Below, one piece after another: positions 1-10,900 of a stretch of 64,000 nt of DNA. The translations under genes and the position numbers were made by a program. The stretch spans positions 316,820,001 through 316,884,000 of the forward strand of contig OZ024742.1 in NCBI GenBank assembly GCA_964016885.1. The letters are read 5' to 3'. The notes under the pieces are model-generated. The model was given only the letters and a program-made list of their open reading frames with translations. It ran no database searches and had not been told where the DNA came from. Every line of letters starts with the position of its first letter. The stretch's first letter is position 1. Source of the DNA: Eledone cirrhosa. Taxonomy: Eukaryota.

Positions 1-2
1 AC

Positions 3-1856
3 CCAGTTCATTCGTCTGACGTCAGGAATAATAGCAGTAGCAGCCGTAATAACAACAGCAACAGTGACAATGAAAACAACAGTAGCAGCCGCAACAGCAT
101 CACCAGCAGCATAAACAACAACAGCATTAGCAGCAGCAACACCAACAACAACCACAGCAACAGCGGCGGAGGCAGTAGTCGTAGTACCTGCAGCAACAAC
201 AAAAGTACCAGCAGCTCTGACGACAACAACAACAGCAGAGAAAAACCAATCTCATTTGCAGGTATTGCGAAAAACCTGGAAACAATCCTCATAACAAATG
301 AGGAATTAGAGGAAGCGAAGAAGATGGTGACAAAGAACGGACACCGAGCAATCTGCAAGGCAGCGAAAAATTTTTTCGAAACCCAAGAGCACTGTACGGT
401 CACGTACCGTACAGTAAGTACAAAATCCCGTAGGGTGGAAAGAGCCACAGAGGCCCAAATACAAAAAGCCTTGGGGTCTGTGTGGCAGAGGAAAACGCAC
501 ATCACCCGAGGCAAAAAATACGCCACCGTAGACGTACTTTTTGCCACACCCCAGGAGGCAAAGGCCCAATCAGTAGTGACCCTAAGGAGCGAGGAAATGG
601 TGTTGGTGCCCTCCTACTGCGGGCAAAAAATTGTGAGGGTCAAACTGACCCACGTCCCCCCCGGAATGACCCCTTCTTGGCTGGCCGCGTCTGTCCTCGT
701 CGGAATCGAGGACAAAACAACTGTACTGCAAGTACAGAAAAAAGTAAGAGAAGATTGGGTCGGCTCCTCCATTGAGATGCTAATCCAAACCAACCAGGAG
801 TGCATCGAAGCTATCCCGGATGTGATAGACTTCGATAACGGCACTCAACTGCCCATAAGTGTTGAGGGCAAACGCCCGAAATGCTTTCGCTGTGGATCGA
901 AGACTCACCTCAGGGCCTTCTGCAACGAGAAGACCCTGAGAAAGGAGAAAACCCCCCTCCTCCCGAATCCGGTTCCACGGCTACCAGCAACAGGACAAGC
1001 GGCAACCAGGAACGATAGGTCCGTGGCACCCATACCCACTCCACGGAAATCAAAGACAGCAGCAGCAGTGGAAATATTAACAACAACAACAGCAATACCA
1101 AATGCAGCTGCAACAGAGACTCCAGTGCAAACATCACCAACAACAACAAGTGAAAGAGTGGAGCTGGTACCCCTCCCCGACCTTACAGAATCAGACATGG
1201 AGTGTGAGGTGGGAGAGGGATGGCAAAAGGTCTCAAGAAGGCACAAACGCAGAAGCAGCGCATCGTCGCCTTTGAAAAGGGAGGAAAGAAATGAGAAAAG
1301 GGTAAAGTCTACTGCAAAGAGACCCACAGCAGCAACACCACCAACACCATCACCACCCACACCAGCACCACCATCACCACCGGCGACAACCCCACCGCCA
1401 ACAACACCTTCAACACCACAAGCACCAACATCGCAAACACAACAACAAAACACACACACCCAGCAACAACGACAAGAAAATAGCAGAACCACACCCCACC
1501 CCCAGAAAAACAAATGCACGGCAATAAACACACACAACAAGAAACTAATGACTTACATAATTGAACACACAGACATTTCACAACAGGACTACATAATACC
1601 AGCACCAATCAAAACGCCAACTAACATAAGACTGCTAAAAATAGCACAGAAACAATACACAAACATTAAAACGAAATTCCCCAACGCAGTTGGTGATTTC
1701 AGGGACCTAGGAGGAACCATTAATCGAAGAGTATATTCAGACATTCTCTTAGAAGAGCCGACGACCAGCCGAAGGGACGATTCAACGGTCCCTTCACCAG
1801 ACGATCAAGTGAAAAGGGATGTAAAAACCATCCCTCCTCTACCAAAAATACGGTAA
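3..1856 (+). CDS. LINE ORF1 protein (N-terminus outside window), gag-like CCHC zinc knuckle
   Basis: CFRCGSKTHLRAFC (CX2CX4HX4C). Frame is open from the window start and collinear with the 697-aa ORF1 of the other copies. Confidence 0.9.
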   Translation, partial: PVHSSDVRNNSSSSRNNNSNSDNENNSSSRNSITSSINNNSISSSNTNNNHSNSGGGSSRSTCSNNKSTSSSDDNNNSREKPISFAGIAKNLETILITNEELEEAKKMVTKNGHRAICKAAKNFFETQEHCTVTYRTVSTKSRRVERATEAQIQKALGSVWQRKTHITRGKKYATVDVLFATPQEAKAQSVVTLRSEEMVLVPSYCGQKIVRVKLTHVPPGMTPSWLAASVLVGIEDKTTVLQVQKKVREDWVGSSIEMLIQTNQECIEAIPDVIDFDNGTQLPISVEGKRPKCFRCGSKTHLRAFCNEKTLRKEKTPLLPNPVPRLPATGQAATRNDRSVAPIPTPRKSKTAAAVEILTTTTAIPNAAATETPVQTSPTTTSERVELVPLPDLTESDMECEVGEGWQKVSRRHKRRSSASSPLKREERNEKRVKSTAKRPTAATPPTPSPPTPAPPSPPATTPPPTTPSTPQAPTSQTQQQNTHTQQQRQENSRTTPHPQKNKCTAINTHNKKLMTYIIEHTDISQQDYIIPAPIKTPTNIRLLKIAQKQYTNIKTKFPNAVGDFRDLGGTINRRVYSDILLEEPTTSRRDDSTVPSPDDQVKRDVKTIPPLPKIR

Positions 1857-1891
1857 GTGGTCTTTCCCATCTTTTCCACTCTATTTTAAAC

Positions 1892-4800
1892 ATGACCTCA
1901 CTCAGAATAGGCAGCATAAATGCGCGTGGCTTGGGGTCGTCATGGAAGCAGGGTCACCTGCTCAACGACCTCAGGTCACTAAACATAGATGTAGTGGCCA
2001 TCAGCGAGACCAGAATCTCCGAAGCACGGGCCTTCGCACCGATCTTCGGCGGCTACGATGTGTACGCATCTCCCAGCCGTCCTGGATCCGGTGGAGGAGT
2101 TGCTGTGCTTTTTCGGAGAGGTTTGGATCTCGCCATACGGGCCATCTTCCTGGACCCAGAGGGTAAGCTGGTGGTGCTGGACGTGACCAGCGGAGACGGG
2201 CAAGCTTTCAGGCTAGTGGCCGTCTATGCCCCGACAGGAGCAGGGCGGCCTGATTTCTTCCGGCGTCTGGAGACCTTTCTTGGAACGTCGCGCTCTTTAG
2301 TGTTAGTGGGCGACTGGAACGGGATCTTAGATGCACGCTGGGACTGTGTGGGATTAGCGGATAGGGGTGGAGGGTGCAAGAGCCTCACCAACCTGCTCAG
2401 GCGTTTTGAACTGTCTGACAGGTACCGATTGGATTTCCCGAATGTGCCAATGTGGACTTGGACAAACCGCATAGGGTCATCCAGATCATATCTAGATAGA
2501 GTATTTTGTAGGGAAATAGATAGGTCTAGCATAGGCTGTCCACAATTCAAGATAGTCAGCTACACGGACCACAAATTCGTGATCTGTGTGCTTGACTTAG
2601 ATAGGCTTCATAGACGAGGACCCGGCTACTGGAAGCTAAACGCATCCTTACCAGCGCGCAAGGCCTACAGAGACCGGATTAGCGAACTAGTTAAGCGGGC
2701 GTTGACGGGGGCCATCGTCAACAACAAGTGGTGGTTTGCTCTGAAAAGAGCGATTAGAATAGAATCGATTAGGTTTAGTAAGGCTTTAGCAATAGAGAAA
2801 AATAGAGCAGAGGGAGAACTAGTTAGAAAATTAGACGAGGCGCTTAGCAAAGGCATTGCGACCGACGTGCTTGCGGCGAAATTGGCCCTTGACCAATTCT
2901 TCAATGCAAAGCACGAAGGCTGCGTTGTCAGAGCTAGGGTGCGTGCTCTCAGACACGAGGGGACGAAAGCCGTTCAATGGGCCCGAGTGGCGGAGGCGCG
3001 TCGTGGCAACAAAGCCACGATCCGGTCTTTGGTGGACCACGACGGGCGCATGCTACTCGATCCCGGGCAAATGTGTGAAGCTTTTCAGCGACACTTCGCT
3101 CAGCTGTTCGGGGGCAGCGGGGGGCCGGGTAGAGGGATGGACTTTAGTGTCTACCTCGACGGACTGCCGCGGCTCTCGGCCACTGAGGCGAAGTGTTGCG
3201 AAAAGCCGATAACAGCCGCTGAAGTAAGGGAGGCAATGACTGGCTGCACAAGGGGTAAATCGCCTGGTTTGGATGGTCTGCCCTATGAACTTTACGTACA
3301 GATGCCAGACTTGTTCGGAGGCCTCTTGGCGGACGTCTACTGCAACTGGCAACAGAACGGGAGAATTCCCAGTTCTGTGAGCCGAGGAGCGGTGGCACTG
3401 CTGAGAAAGGATCCGAACAAGGGGGATAACATAGACAATTTCCGGCCCATAACTCTGCTAAACACAGAGTTTAAGATTTTGGCCAAGGTGCTAGCAAAGA
3501 GGTTGGCGCTTGTCGTTGGTGGTCTGGTGGGAGAGGCGCAGACATGCGCCATTCCCGACAGATCCATCCACGACAACCTCCACCTCATGCGATACATCGT
3601 AGAGAGGGTAGCTAGGGAACCTGGCACGGGTGGGTCCTTGATCAATTTAGATCAGTCGAAAGCTTTCGATAGGGTCGACCATCGTTACCTAGCGGCAGTC
3701 CTGAGGGCGGCTGGCTTTGGGCCCGTCTTCAGAGGCTGGATCGCTGCCATGCACAGCGACATCTGCTCTGTGGTGAGAGTGAACGGTCACCTGTCGGAAC
3801 CGTTCAACATCATGCGCTCGGTCCGCCAAGGATGTCCCCTCTCGTCCCTCTTGTACGTATTGACTCTCGAGCCATTACTGCACAAACTGGAGACGTTGAG
3901 GGGAGTCCCGCGCGAACTAGGATGCGGAAGATCCGTGTCAGCATATGCGGACGATGTCACCGTAGTGGTGTCGAACGCCAAACACATCGAGGCGATCGGC
4001 ACTACACTAAGAGAATACGAAGCGGTGACAGGAGCAATGATCAACCAGGAAAAGTCAGTGGGCCTGCAGCTCGGCACCTGGAGAGGCAGGTCCATGCCGT
4101 CCAACAGCGTCGTCGGGCGCTGGACGGACGGACCGGTTAAATTGCTAGGGGTCTGGTTCGGTCCGGACCTCCAGACGGACAAAAACTGGGACGAGGTGAC
4201 GAGCAGGGTGGCTTCTCTCACCCAGAAATGGGCGGAGAGGAAGCTATCCCTGAAAGGTCGAGCGGAGGTGGCTAACGCGTACATCGCGTCTGTCATCTGC
4301 TACCGCCTAACCGTCGTACCTTGTCCTAAGCCTCGCCTGACTGCGCTGGAGCGTTTGCTCTTTCGCTTTTTGTGGAAGGGACGTGCTCCGATGGTCAGGC
4401 GGTCCATCTGTTGTCAACACCCGCTACGTGGAGGGCTGGGCATGCCGTGGCTGATGATGCGCAGGCACGCGCTCAGGCTACGACATCTCCACCTCTTCCT
4501 CGACGGTGATCAGGTGTGGTCGCCGTTTGCTAGACGCGTTTTTCCCCAGCTCGTTTCCTTGACGGAGCTGCAGTCCTGGGTCAAGCGAAGACCGAGAGGG
4601 AGCGCCTGGAGACTGGAATGTCTTCAGGCGCTCACAGCCCTCGACCAATCGGGCAATGTGATCGGTGGAAACTCCACCTCGGCGTTCTATAGAGGATTAG
4701 TGGAGGGGAAGAGCGACGACGTACTTGGGGAAACTCTAGGCGTCGACGAAAATCAACTAGCCAATCTCTTCGGAAGAACCTTCGGGCCAGGGCCTATGGA

Positions 4801-5311
4801 CAACTTCCAGAAATCTCTGGCCTGGCAGTGCTACCGAGGAGCCTTGCCAGTTCGGGATAAACTCTACAGGCATGGAGGTGCCGTCAGCCGGGCATGTCCG
4901 AGATGCGCGCAGGGCGACGAAACCGTCCTGCACGCACTCGTCCAGTGTCCGAAAATTGCTGACTTGTGGGTTTATGTCGAACACCTGCTGTCGCGTTTAG
5001 GACGGATCCAGCTATCATCTGAGTCTATCGTGAGGATTGCCCCGCCCTCCTCCTTTAGCCGGGAAGGGCAGGCAGTTTTTATCTGTCTGGTGGCCATGGC
5101 GAAAGAGATAGTATGGTGGACACGTTTGAAAGGGCTGAAGACGAGCACTTACCTCTTCGGTGATGCTCTGATTGACTTTTTCAAATTTCATTTGAAAAGG
5201 AAAATCAGAGTAGAGAAGGAAGTGCTCTCTTCCCAGCATTTTGTTGAAAGATGGGTGAGAGAAGCAAGAATGGCCCGAGTGAATGGGCCGACTCTGAGTA
5301 TATATCTGTAA
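1892..5311 (+). CDS. LINE ORF2: AP endonuclease + reverse transcriptase + C-terminal CCHC (Tx1/L1 group)
   Basis: APE motifs SINARGL, ISETR, VYAP, GDWN, LDRVF, YTDH; RT motifs QSKAFDRVDH, RQGCPLS, YADD; C-terminal CPRC..ETVLHALVQC; 1139 aa. Confidence 0.97.
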   Translation: MTSLRIGSINARGLGSSWKQGHLLNDLRSLNIDVVAISETRISEARAFAPIFGGYDVYASPSRPGSGGGVAVLFRRGLDLAIRAIFLDPEGKLVVLDVTSGDGQAFRLVAVYAPTGAGRPDFFRRLETFLGTSRSLVLVGDWNGILDARWDCVGLADRGGGCKSLTNLLRRFELSDRYRLDFPNVPMWTWTNRIGSSRSYLDRVFCREIDRSSIGCPQFKIVSYTDHKFVICVLDLDRLHRRGPGYWKLNASLPARKAYRDRISELVKRALTGAIVNNKWWFALKRAIRIESIRFSKALAIEKNRAEGELVRKLDEALSKGIATDVLAAKLALDQFFNAKHEGCVVRARVRALRHEGTKAVQWARVAEARRGNKATIRSLVDHDGRMLLDPGQMCEAFQRHFAQLFGGSGGPGRGMDFSVYLDGLPRLSATEAKCCEKPITAAEVREAMTGCTRGKSPGLDGLPYELYVQMPDLFGGLLADVYCNWQQNGRIPSSVSRGAVALLRKDPNKGDNIDNFRPITLLNTEFKILAKVLAKRLALVVGGLVGEAQTCAIPDRSIHDNLHLMRYIVERVAREPGTGGSLINLDQSKAFDRVDHRYLAAVLRAAGFGPVFRGWIAAMHSDICSVVRVNGHLSEPFNIMRSVRQGCPLSSLLYVLTLEPLLHKLETLRGVPRELGCGRSVSAYADDVTVVVSNAKHIEAIGTTLREYEAVTGAMINQEKSVGLQLGTWRGRSMPSNSVVGRWTDGPVKLLGVWFGPDLQTDKNWDEVTSRVASLTQKWAERKLSLKGRAEVANAYIASVICYRLTVVPCPKPRLTALERLLFRFLWKGRAPMVRRSICCQHPLRGGLGMPWLMMRRHALRLRHLHLFLDGDQVWSPFARRVFPQLVSLTELQSWVKRRPRGSAWRLECLQALTALDQSGNVIGGNSTSAFYRGLVEGKSDDVLGETLGVDENQLANLFGRTFGPGPMDNFQKSLAWQCYRGALPVRDKLYRHGGAVSRACPRCAQGDETVLHALVQCPKIADLWVYVEHLLSRLGRIQLSSESIVRIAPPSSFSREGQAVFICLVAMAKEIVWWTRLKGLKTSTYLFGDALIDFFKFHLKRKIRVEKEVLSSQHFVERWVREARMARVNGPTLSIYL

Positions 5312-5572
5312 ACTAAAGGTGGAAAACTGGGAGAGGGCACTTGCCTTGGTGGTCAGGGTCATTGTGGCTTTTTACTGGGCTTTCTCCACAAATGTTCCTC
5401 CGAAGTCTCCCCCCTATTGGGGAATTTTTCATTGTTATTTTCATTGTTATTTTTGTTACATCCTCTATTTTTGTTTTTTTTACACGCAGAAATGCCCATT
5501 TGTACCGTCCTGCATTGTCCTGCACTGTCCTTAATGTCTACTTTATGTAAACCCTTGTGGTTAATAAAGAAA

Positions 5573-5604
<32 letters not shown>

Positions 5605-5819
5605 GAATGCCATGGTTGACGGAGGCTCGGCTCTGTAAGGTATAGTAATTTTTAACCGTTAAAACAATTGTAAATTGTTTAAAACTTGAACCAAATTGTT
5701 GATAAAGACACCCTCCTCCTCGTGAGAGGGGTCTTTCTGTCCGTTATTTGGCCCTTCGGGGTTAAATAATCAGTTATTGGGGTTTTGTACCCAAAATTTC
5801 ATTTTAAACAAAAAACAAC

Positions 5820-7913
5820 ATGGCTACGAAAAAGAAATTTCATACGTCACTCCCACTCATTCCGTCTTCTTCTTCCTCAATCATCACTACAGCAGAGAGA
5901 AGATTGTCTCTCTCCCTCCCTTCTTTAAATGTGTCTCTCTCCCTCCCTTCTCTTTCGCAAGTGACGAAAGAAAAGAAAAGTCTCGTGCAAAGCGTGCAAG
6001 GTTTCTCCACGACGACGACGACAGCGACGAAACAGGTGTGCGGGAAATACGAAAACCCAGTTCATTCGTCTGACGTCAGGAATAATAGCAGTAGCAGCCG
6101 TAATAACAACAGCAACAGTGACAATGAAAACAACAGTAGCAGCCGCAACAGCATCACCAGCAGCATAAACAACAACAGCATTAGCAGCAGCAACACCAAC
6201 AACAACCACAGCAACAGCGGCGGAGGCAGTAGTCGTAGTACCTGCAGCAACAAAAGTACCAGCAGCTCTGACGACAACAACAACAGCAGAGAAAAACCAA
6301 TCCCATTTGCAGGTATTGCGAAAAACTTGGAAACAATCCTCATAACAAATGAGGAATTAGAGGAAGCGAAGAAGATGGTGACAAAGAACGGACACCGAGC
6401 AATCTGCAAGGCAGCGAAAAATTTTTTCGAAACCCAAGAGCACTGTACGGTCACGTACCGTACAGTAAGTACAAAATCCCGTAGGGTGGAAAGAGCCACA
6501 GAGGCCCAAATACAAAAAGCCTTGGGGTCTGTGTGGCAGAGGAAAACGCACATCACCCGAGGCAAAAAATACGCCACCGTAGACGTACTTTTTGCCACAC
6601 CCCAGGAGGCAAAGGCCCAATCAGTAGTGACCCTAAGGAGCGAGGAAATGGTGTTGGTGCCCTCCTACTGCGGGCAAAAAATTGTGAGGGTCAAACTGAC
6701 CCACGTCCCCCCCGGAATGACCCCTTCTTGGCTGGCCGCGTCTGTCCTCGTCGGAATCGAGGACAAAACAACTGTACTGCAAGTACAGAAAAAAGTAAGA
6801 GAAGATTGGGTCGGCTCCTCCATTGAGATGCTAATCCAAACCAACCAGGAGTGCATCGAAGCTATCCCGGATGTGATAGACTTCGATAACGGCACTCAAC
6901 TGCCCATAAGTGTTGAGGGCAAACGCCCGAAATGCTTTCGCTGTGGATCGAAGACTCACCTCAGGGCCTTCTGCAACGAGAAGACCCTGAGAAAGGAGAA
7001 AACCCCCCTCCTTCCGAATCCGGCTCCACGGCTACCAGCAACAGGACAAGCGGCAACCAGGAACGATAGGTCCGTGGCACCCATACCCACACCACGGAAA
7101 TCAAAGACAGCAGCAGCAGTGGAAATATTAACAACAACAACAGCAATACCAAATGCAGCTGCAACAGAGACTCCAGTGCAAACATCACCAACAACAACAA
7201 GTGAAAGAGTGGAGCTGGTACCCCTCCCCGACCTTACAGAATCAGACATGGAGTGTGAGGTGGGAGAGGGATGGCAAAAGGTCGCAAGAAGGCACAAACG
7301 CAGAAGCAGCGCATCGTCGCCTTTGAAAAGGGAGGAAAGAAATGAGAAAAGGGTAAAGTCTACTGCAAAGAGACCCACAGCAGCAACACCACCAACACCA
7401 TCACCACCCACACCAGCACCACCATCACCACCGGCGACAACCCCACCGCCAACAACACCTTCAACACCACCACCACAAGCACCAACATCGCAAACACAAC
7501 AACAAAACACACACACCCAGCAACAACGACAAGAAAATAGCAGAACCACACCCCACCCCCAGAAAAACAAATGCACGGCAATAAACACACACAACAAGAA
7601 ACTAATGACTTACATAATTGAACACACAGACATTTCACAACAGGACTACATAATACCAGCACCAATCAAAACGCCAACTAACATAAGACTGCTAAAAATA
7701 GCACAGAAACAATACACAAACATTAAAACGAAATTCCCCAACGCAGTTGGTGATTTCAGGGACCTAGGAGGAACCATCAATCGAAGAGTATATTCAGACA
7801 TTCTCTTAGAAGAGCCGACGACCAGCCGAAGGGACGATTCAACGGTCCCTTCACCAGACGATCAAGTGAAAAGGGATGTAAAAACCATCCCTCCTCTACC
7901 AAAAGTACGGTAA
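5820..7913 (+). CDS. LINE ORF1 protein, 697 aa, CCHC zinc knuckle
   Basis: ORF track; CCHC motif; Ser/Asn-rich and Pro/Thr-rich low-complexity segments. Confidence 0.93.
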   Translation: MATKKKFHTSLPLIPSSSSSIITTAERRLSLSLPSLNVSLSLPSLSQVTKEKKSLVQSVQGFSTTTTTATKQVCGKYENPVHSSDVRNNSSSSRNNNSNSDNENNSSSRNSITSSINNNSISSSNTNNNHSNSGGGSSRSTCSNKSTSSSDDNNNSREKPIPFAGIAKNLETILITNEELEEAKKMVTKNGHRAICKAAKNFFETQEHCTVTYRTVSTKSRRVERATEAQIQKALGSVWQRKTHITRGKKYATVDVLFATPQEAKAQSVVTLRSEEMVLVPSYCGQKIVRVKLTHVPPGMTPSWLAASVLVGIEDKTTVLQVQKKVREDWVGSSIEMLIQTNQECIEAIPDVIDFDNGTQLPISVEGKRPKCFRCGSKTHLRAFCNEKTLRKEKTPLLPNPAPRLPATGQAATRNDRSVAPIPTPRKSKTAAAVEILTTTTAIPNAAATETPVQTSPTTTSERVELVPLPDLTESDMECEVGEGWQKVARRHKRRSSASSPLKREERNEKRVKSTAKRPTAATPPTPSPPTPAPPSPPATTPPPTTPSTPPPQAPTSQTQQQNTHTQQQRQENSRTTPHPQKNKCTAINTHNKKLMTYIIEHTDISQQDYIIPAPIKTPTNIRLLKIAQKQYTNIKTKFPNAVGDFRDLGGTINRRVYSDILLEEPTTSRRDDSTVPSPDDQVKRDVKTIPPLPKVR

Positions 7914-7948
7914 GTGGTCTTTCCCATCTTTTCCACTCTATTTTAAAC

Positions 7949-10900
7949 ATGACCTCACTCAGAATAGGCAGCATAAATGCGCGTGGCTTGGGGTCGTCAT
8001 GGAAGGAGGGTCACCTGCTCAACGACCTCAGGTCACTAAACATAGATGTAGTGGCCATCAGCGAGACCAGAATCTCCGAAGCACGGGCCTTCGCACCGAT
8101 CTTCGGCGGCTACGATGTGTACGCATCTCCCAGCCGTCCTGGATCGGGTGGAGGAGTTGCTGTGCTTTTTCGGAGAGGTTTGGATCTCGCCATACGGGCC
8201 ATCTTCCTGGACCCAGAGGGAAAGCTGGTGGTGCTGGACGTGACCAGCGGAGACGGGCAAGCTTTCAGGCTAGTGGCCGTCTATGCCCCGACAGGAGCAG
8301 GGCGGCCTGATTTCTTCCGGCGTCTGGAGACCTTTCTTGGAACGTCCCGCTCTTTAGTGTTAGTGGGCGACTGGAACGGGATCTTAGATGCACGCTGGGA
8401 CTGTGTGGGATTAGCGGATAGGGGTGGAGGGTGCAAGAGCCTCACCAACCTGCTCAGGCGTTTTGAACTGTCTGACAGGTACCGATTGGATTTCCCGAAT
8501 GTGCCAATGTGGACTTGGACAAACCGCATAGGGTCATCCAGATCATATCTAGATAGAGTATTTTGTAGGGAAATAGATAGGTCTAGCATAGGCTGTCCAC
8601 AATTCAAGATAGTCAGCTACACGGACCACAAATTCGTGACCTGTGTGCTTGACTTAGATAGGCTTCATAGACGAGGACCCGGCTACTGGAAGCTAAACGC
8701 GTCCTTACCAGCGCGCAAGGCCTACAGAGACCGGATTAGCGAACTAGTTAAGCGGGCGTTGACGGGGGCCATCGTCAACAACAAGTGGTGGTTTGCTCTG
8801 AAAAGAGCGATTAGAATAGAATCGATTAGGTTTAGTAAGGCTTTAGCAATAGAGAAAAATAGAGCAGAGGGAGAACTAGTTAGAAAATTAGACGAGGCGC
8901 TTAGCAAAGGCATTGCGACCGACGTGCTTGCGGCGAAATTGGCCCTTGACCAATTCTTCAATGCAAAGCACGAAGGCTGCGTTGTCAGAGCTAGGGTGCG
9001 TGCTCTCAGACACGAGGGGACGAAAGCCGTTCAATGGGCCCGAGTGGCGGAGGCGCGTCGTGGCAACAAAGCCACGATCCGGTCTTTGGTGGACCACGAC
9101 GGGCGCATGCTACTCGATCCCGGGCAAATGTGTGAAGCTTTTCAGCGACACTTCGCTCAGCTGTTCGGGGGCAGCGGGGGGCCGGGTAGAGGGATGGACT
9201 TTAGTGTCTACCTCGACGGACTGCCGCGGCTCTCGGCCACTGAGGCGAGGTGTTGCGAAAAGCCGATAACAGCCGCTGAAGTACGGGAGGCAATGACTGG
9301 CTGCACAAGGGGTAAATCGCCTGGTTTGGATGGTCTGCCCTATGAACTTTACGTACAGATGCCAGACTTGTTCGGAGGCCTCTTGGCGGACGTCTACTGC
9401 AACTGGCAACAGAACGGGAGAATTCCCAGTTCTGTGAGCCGAGGAGCGGTGGCACTGCTGAGAAAGGATCCGAACAAGGGGGATAACATAGACAATTTCC
9501 GGCCCATAACTCTGCTAAACACAGAGTTTAAGATTTTGGCCAAGGTGCTAGCAAAGAGGTTGGCGCTTGTCGTTGGTGGTCTGGTGGGAGAGGCGCAGAC
9601 ATGCGCCATTCCCGACAGATCCATCCACGACAACCTCCACCTCATGCGATACATCGTAGAGAGGGTAGCTAGGGAACCTGGCACGGGTGGGTCCTTGATC
9701 AATTTAGATCAGTCGAAAGCTTTCGATAGGGTCGACCATCGTTACCTAGCGGCAGTCCTGAGGGCGGCTGGCTTTGGGCCCGTCTTCAGAGGCTGGATCG
9801 CTGCCATGCATAGCGACATCTGCTCTGTGGTGAGAGTGAACGGTCACCTGTCGGAACCGTTCAACATCATGCGCTCGGTCCGCCAAGGATGTCCCCTCTC
9901 GTCCCTCTTGTACGTATTGACTCTCGAGCCATTACTGCACAAACTGGAGACGTTGAGGGGAGTCCCGCGCGAACTAGGATGCGGAAGATCCGTGTCAGCA
10001 TATGCCGACGATGTCACCGTAGTGGTGTCGAACGCCAAACACATCGAGGCGATCGGCACTACACTAAGAGAATACGAAGCGGTGACAGGAGCAATGATCA
10101 ACCAGGAAAAGTCAGTGGGCCTGCAGCTCGGCACCTGGAGAGGCAGGTCCATGCCGTCCAACAGCGTCGTCGGGCGCTGGACGGACGGACCGGTTAAATT
10201 GCTAGGGGTCTGGTTCGGTCCGGACCTCCAGACGGACAAAAACTGGGACGAGGTGACGAGCAGGGTGGCTTCTCTCACCCAGAAATGGGCGGAGAGGAAG
10301 CTATCCCTGAAAGGTCGAGCGGAGGTGGCTAACGCGTACATCGCGTCTGTCATCTGCTACCGCCTAACCGTCGTACCTTGTCCTAAGCCTCGCCTGACTG
10401 CGCTGGAGCGTTTGCTCTTTCGCTTTTTGTGGAAGGGACGTGCTCCGATGGTCAGGCGGTCCATCTGTTGTCAACACCCGCTACGTGGAGGGCTGGGCAT
10501 GCCGTGGCTGATGATGCGCAGGCACGCGCTCAGGCTACGACATCTCCACCTCTTCCTCGACGGTGATCAGGTGTGGTCGCCGTTTGCTAGACGCGTTTTT
10601 CCCCAGCTCGTTTCCTTGACGGAGCTGCAGTCCTGGGTCAAGCGAAGACCGAGAGGGAGCGCCTGGAGACTGGAATGTCTTCAGGCGCTCACAGCCCTCG
10701 ACCAATCGGGCAATGTGATCGGTGGAAACTCCACCTCGGCGTTCTATAGAGGATTAGTGGAGGGGAAGAGCGACGACGTACTTGGGGAAACTCTAGGCGT
10801 CGACGAAAATCAACTAGCCAATCTCTTCGGAAGAACTTTCGGGCCGGGGCCTATGGACAACTTCCAGAAATCTCTGGCCTGGCAGTGCTACCGAGGAGCC

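Larger units (their letters stand above)
1..5604 (+). mobile_element. Tx1-like LINE copy 1 (5' part outside window), (ATT)10 tail at 5575-5604
   Basis: Starts inside ORF1, has intact ORF2, and a 3'UTR with AATAAA just before the ATT tail. Confidence 0.95.

Noticed and set aside
5575-5660. U2, 5S or tRNA target gene fragments between Tx1 copies
   Set aside because: Junctions contain only (ATT)n; no recognisable RNA-gene sequence.
5700-5790. HDV-like ribozyme in the Tx1 5'UTR (CCTCCTCGTG resembles L3)
   Set aside because: P3 has a mismatch and I could not place P1, P1.1 GG or a J4/2 catalytic C; it folds better as a simple hairpin.
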